A stretch of DNA of 50,906 bases, filler included, from Catajapyx aquilonaris (Eukaryota), in NCBI GenBank assembly GCA_000934665.2. It is 2 parts of 2 records of this genome, joined end to end, with 100 filler letters (N's around TTAATTAATTAA, not from the genome) between each part and the next. Parts side by side here need not be neighbours in the genome. Positions count along the whole stretch, not along the records: positions 25,615 to 50,906 come from KZ539344.1; 1 more part is not named here. One strand, written 5' to 3'. Below the pieces are notes generated by a model, which searched no databases, was not told where the DNA came from, and worked only from the letters and a program-made list of their open reading frames with translations. Positions within the stretch are counted from its first letter, which is position 1. Every line of letters begins with the position of its first letter. Below are positions 47,254 to 50,906 of the stretch, piece after piece. The position numbers were made by a program, and so were the translations under genes.

Positions 47254-47380
47254 GCTGTCTTCACTACTGCCACCACCACTGTTATCTGCCCTCCACCACA
47301 ACCACTTTCAAAACCACCACCACCACCACCACAACCACCACTACCATCACAACTACCACCACTCACCATGGCCAACTTGA
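47254..47380 (+). CDS. Rbp1: Candidate Rbp1 alternative (RS-less / poison) exon coding part: RLSSLLPPPLLSALHHNHFQNHHHHHHNHHYHHNYHHSPWPT*
   Basis: Branch-like ctgat ~47229, acceptor aatttccag, in phase with 46016 donor, CAC/CAAC/CTAC-rich; no transcript evidence available. Confidence 0.55.
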
Positions 47381-49509
47381 GCCCGTCTTCTGTGGTTACT
47401 GTTGAACTACCACCACTACTACGCAACATCTGAATCGGATCGACAACACTATTTGCTGGCGGCATCTCCCTTTAAAAAAATACCGCCCCAGATGACAACC
47501 ATCTGCACTGCATATGGGAAAATGGCAGGGGTGGGCCAATGAAGTGGATAAGATTAGAAATGCCACTCTTGTCACCTAATATTTTGATTCAACCTATTTA
47601 TGCTTTGTTACACATTTTAAGTTCACAGCTAAAGTAACTGCTAAATTGATATAATGGGGACCTTCATCATTGAACCGCCACCACTTTTCTACAATGTGGG
47701 AAAATTTTCGGTCGCCCCATGCCAAAAAAAAAATCTACCGCAACCACTGCACAGCCCCACAAAATCCGACCGTCCGTCGCTCTACCGTCAGTACTACTGT
47801 ACTACTATCACCGGCCTACTGCCTACTCTACTGTACTACCGCCTACTCTGCTACTACCGCCACTACTCTACTGCCATTCAAAGTGTGTGCGACCCCTACT
47901 TCGCCACAGCGCTACCATGGTAGTACTTCGTAGGCTGTAGTAAGAATTGTTAAAATGGTTGGAAGTTTGCAGCCATTTTTTTTTCCTTTTTTTTTGCTGG
48001 GAGGGGTGATAATTTGGTATTGGTATGATTTTTATTTATAATTTTTAGTTATGGAGGTAAGGTGCTACTGTTTCTGGGATTGAATATTCAGGTCAGGTGA
48101 CTGGGAAATTTTGGATTGACATTTTGGTGATGCATATTAAGGCACAATTCACATAGCAGCAATTCAGCAGCAAAACAGCAATTTTTTTCTCATTCATCAA
48201 TAATCGTCTCATTGCTTGGGTCTGTTGGACAGATAAGTCATGTAAGATGCATGATGGCTGGATGTTCTGACCATAGTTTGGTAATTTCCAGGAAGTGACA
48301 TAGTCCTTTGTCCAAGATGCCTCATCTCTTTCATTGTTAATATTTAGTCTCCAATAGCCAAAAGCCAATTTAGCCACATTGATCTCATTACTGAACAGGC
48401 AAAAATAACATTTTTTGGTGCCATGTGGCTGATATGTGAATAAACCTTGTGAAGCACAGGAACAATAGTGTGTTACTGTTACTCGCGCAAAAGAAGTATG
48501 TAACGTAACTGCTTGTTTTCAGCTAATAATATGGTGTCATTATACAGAATTATGTGCAACTATTGGAAAAATATTAATTACATATGGGCAGAGATTCTGG
48601 TTTTTAAATTGAGGGGTTTATCACACAAATGACTACAGGCTGGTTGTACACTACTTGAAAAAAAAACTGCCTTGTACCCCTGCAAGCAGCACGAAGTGGC
48701 CAGGGCGAACTGGCATGGGTGGAAACATTCATGAATCAAGTTGCCCTTGCACATGCTTCCACCTGTGCCTGGATTGGCACAAGGGAGTTTTTTTTTCCAG
48801 TAGTGTATCAACTTGAGTTAAGATTAATTATGGAGTTATCTCTTGTTTACATATAGACTAACTTGGTAGTTAACCTTAACTCCAGTTCATGCAACTGGAG
48901 GGAACTGCTATGTGGGCAGCTTTGAGATAGTTTGAGGTTGGCAGTATTTTGATGCCACTAGCCATCAACTGAAAGCGCAGACATTTGTTGACAGTTCTGC
49001 CTGGTGTCTTGTAATTTTTAAGTGGCTGTTACGAGATCACAGTAGTTGAAGTGTCATACAGCGGGCATTGATGTCTTGCAGGAGGGTGTAGTCTAAAGTT
49101 TGTACACCATCTGATGAGGTGCAATTAAAAAATTTTATTATGGGAGAGTGCAGGTGAACCCCATGTTGGGAAGGAATGAAAGTTCTGTTAATTCAAAATG
49201 TGTTTTTATGTAGTACCGTAATTTCAGTCTCTTTGTGTGCTCAACACCTCCATTAGCTTTGTCATTAAATTCACACACTGAATAAACACCCTGTCGTGTT
49301 AGAGTCCCTGCATAGCATGATAATTTGCTGTTACAGTAATTGCTAATTTGAGTTGTTCAGCCAGCCAGTTTTGTATGAAAGGCCCATGTTCACCTGACCT
49401 CAGATATGTATAAGGATATGACTTGATATACTTGAGGTTTTTAATCTGGGGCAGCTTTGTATATCACATCATCCCTTGGTTTTTTCTTACTCCAATTTGT
49501 CAACTACAG

Positions 49510-49587
49510 GTCTCGTTCACCCCGTCGTAGCCGCTCCCGTTCGAGGTCTCGTTCCCGCAGATCTCGCTCTGACTCGCGTGACCGAAG
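49510..49587 (+). CDS. Rbp1: Rbp1 RS-domain exon (SRSPRRSRSRSRSRSRRSRSDSRDRR)
   Basis: actacag acceptor, AG|gtgagt donor (reads Arg-stop if unspliced); RSRSDSRDR is the typical Rbp1 C-terminus. Confidence 0.92.
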
Positions 49588-49809
49588 GTGAGTCAAAACC
49601 TGGTCAGTAACTGCCATCTGACGTTGGCTTTTTTATTTCATTAGTGGTAAAATTTGGTTGATTTGGGACACTCACTAACTACTACAGCCTGAATTTATAG
49701 ATCTTATTTATTTCTTAACTGGCAAGTGACCCAATTGACATATTTGTTGTTCTTGTTGGTTAATGATTGTGGTTTTAACTCTTTCCCCTCATGTTCGGGG
49801 CAGATTCAG

Positions 49810-49848
49810 GTCTCGCAGCCGCAGCCGGTCTCGCTCCAACGAGCGAAG
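49810..49848 (+). CDS. Rbp1: Rbp1 extra RS mini-exon (SRSRSRSRSNERR); alternative in-frame acceptor at 49804
   Basis: Pure RS coding in the correct phase; AG|gtaaag donor (Arg-stop if unspliced). Confidence 0.75.
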
Positions 49849-50205
49849 GTAAAGTGTCTGGACCCGGATACTTCAGCTAAGGATCTTCACATAATTATGT
49901 TTTTGAGATGAAACCAGATAAATTAGACTGAGGGACTCTCCCATTCATGTATTCTTTGTGCTTGGTGTTCCTAAAAGTTTATCTTTAGATGTGTTGGAGG
50001 TTAACTTCAATTAGTTCTTCTTTTGTAGTGTGCCACTCACAATTATCCAAGCAATGTGTATTATGCAGGTAGATTGTAATCGACTATGATTTGTTTTAAT
50101 TATCACTGTATAATTTTTAGCTGTACCTGTTTAAAGGGCTATCAATAAAGTGGGGCGTAATACCTCATGGTATTTAGTTTTTATCTGCTTGCTTTTGTTT
50201 TTCAG

Positions 50206-50239
50206 ATGCAATTATTCTAACTCATGGGAAAATTGTTGA
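50206..50239 (+). CDS. Rbp1: Possible Rbp1 terminal exon (CNYSNSWENC*)
   Basis: Strong acceptor gcttttgtttttcag, phase compatible; peptide not recognisably conserved. Confidence 0.35.
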
Positions 50240-50906
50240 CATGTGATGGGAGGGGTGATCAAAAGGTTTCCTACCCAACCATGAAGCAATGGACACATGA
50301 AAATAAACAGGCATATGTTTGACGAAAACTTCCTTAAGGGGGGGATAAGGATAATCGGGACTTCTTCGAGTTCCAACTCTGGCCGAAAGAGGAGGCAGTG
50401 GATCCCACCCTCGCTACACGAAAGAAAGGTCACGTTTGCGGTTGACCATTCCCTCTAGGCACAATAAAAACCAGCCCACGGACACTTATACTACGTTCTG
50501 GCGTTATCACCTGCCGAGGCATTTTGCAGCGGATGCTCACCTGAGACTGCCAGGAGACATTTAGGAGGCCACGATAAGTGGCGACCCTACCGGATTAGGC
50601 TGAACTTTATAGGTACGAAAGGGGGGGGCTACATTGGGGGGCCCAACATGGCCGCCGGCGGCTGCTATTTTCTGACTGCACAAATCCCTCTTCAGAACGG
50701 CACATTTGGCTTTTAGAACGTCACAAATTGTGTAGAACTGCACGCTACAGCAAGCCCTGCCATCACATCTAAACATGCTCTAGTCTACAATAGGCTTAAT
50801 CTAATATATATAAAGCCCCACGCCGAGGATATAGGAGGATGGAAAAGATCTCCCACTTCCCGAGGTGGTACAGACCTCGGACTTACACCGTTGTATTCCT
50901 TGCACC

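Noticed and set aside
47233..47433. Pro/Thr-rich ORF from the ORF track
   Set aside because: Different frame from the one imposed by the upstream Rbp1 donor; starts at TTG within the branch region.

Overview
Eukaryotic (animal, most likely insect; inferred from the Rbp1-type SR protein and the SINE/MITE content) gene-dense housekeeping locus with four spliced genes read directly from the sequence: CAND1 (+; join 3462-3631,4845-5058,5121-5269,6961-7556,7741-8310,9583-10346,11513-11920,12469-12867,12970-13213,13281-13427,13553-13680; first ~14 codons not found in window), NNT mitochondrial NAD(P) transhydrogenase (-; 22366-21961,21881-21741,21418-20534,20352-19860,19741-18412; 1084 aa, needs a GC-AG intron), CNDP2 dipeptidase (+; head-to-head with NNT, putative mitochondrial-presequence exon 24969-25035, ~100 aa lost in an assembly gap carrying an artificial TTAATTAATTAA linker, then 25741-26129,27629-28049,28233-28484,33370-33417) and Rbp1/SRSF3 (+; 42465-42673,45924-46016,49510-49587,49810-49848, with a candidate His-rich alternative/poison exon at 47254). 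Introns and intergenic DNA are packed with non-autonomous DNA transposons (Tc1/mariner-, hAT-, piggyBac-, MULE-like MITEs, a 1.9 kb foldback) and at least nine copies of four tRNA-derived SINE families. Most notable: the SINEs swap heads and tails, yet their different tails share one covarying 3' RNA structure (C-run-TAA-stem-loop-linker-GGGTA-tail); and Rbp1 has a CAC/CTAC-rich alternative exon that would replace the RS domain with a poly-His tail. No prokaryotic features, CRISPR or autonomous transposase/RT ORF are present.
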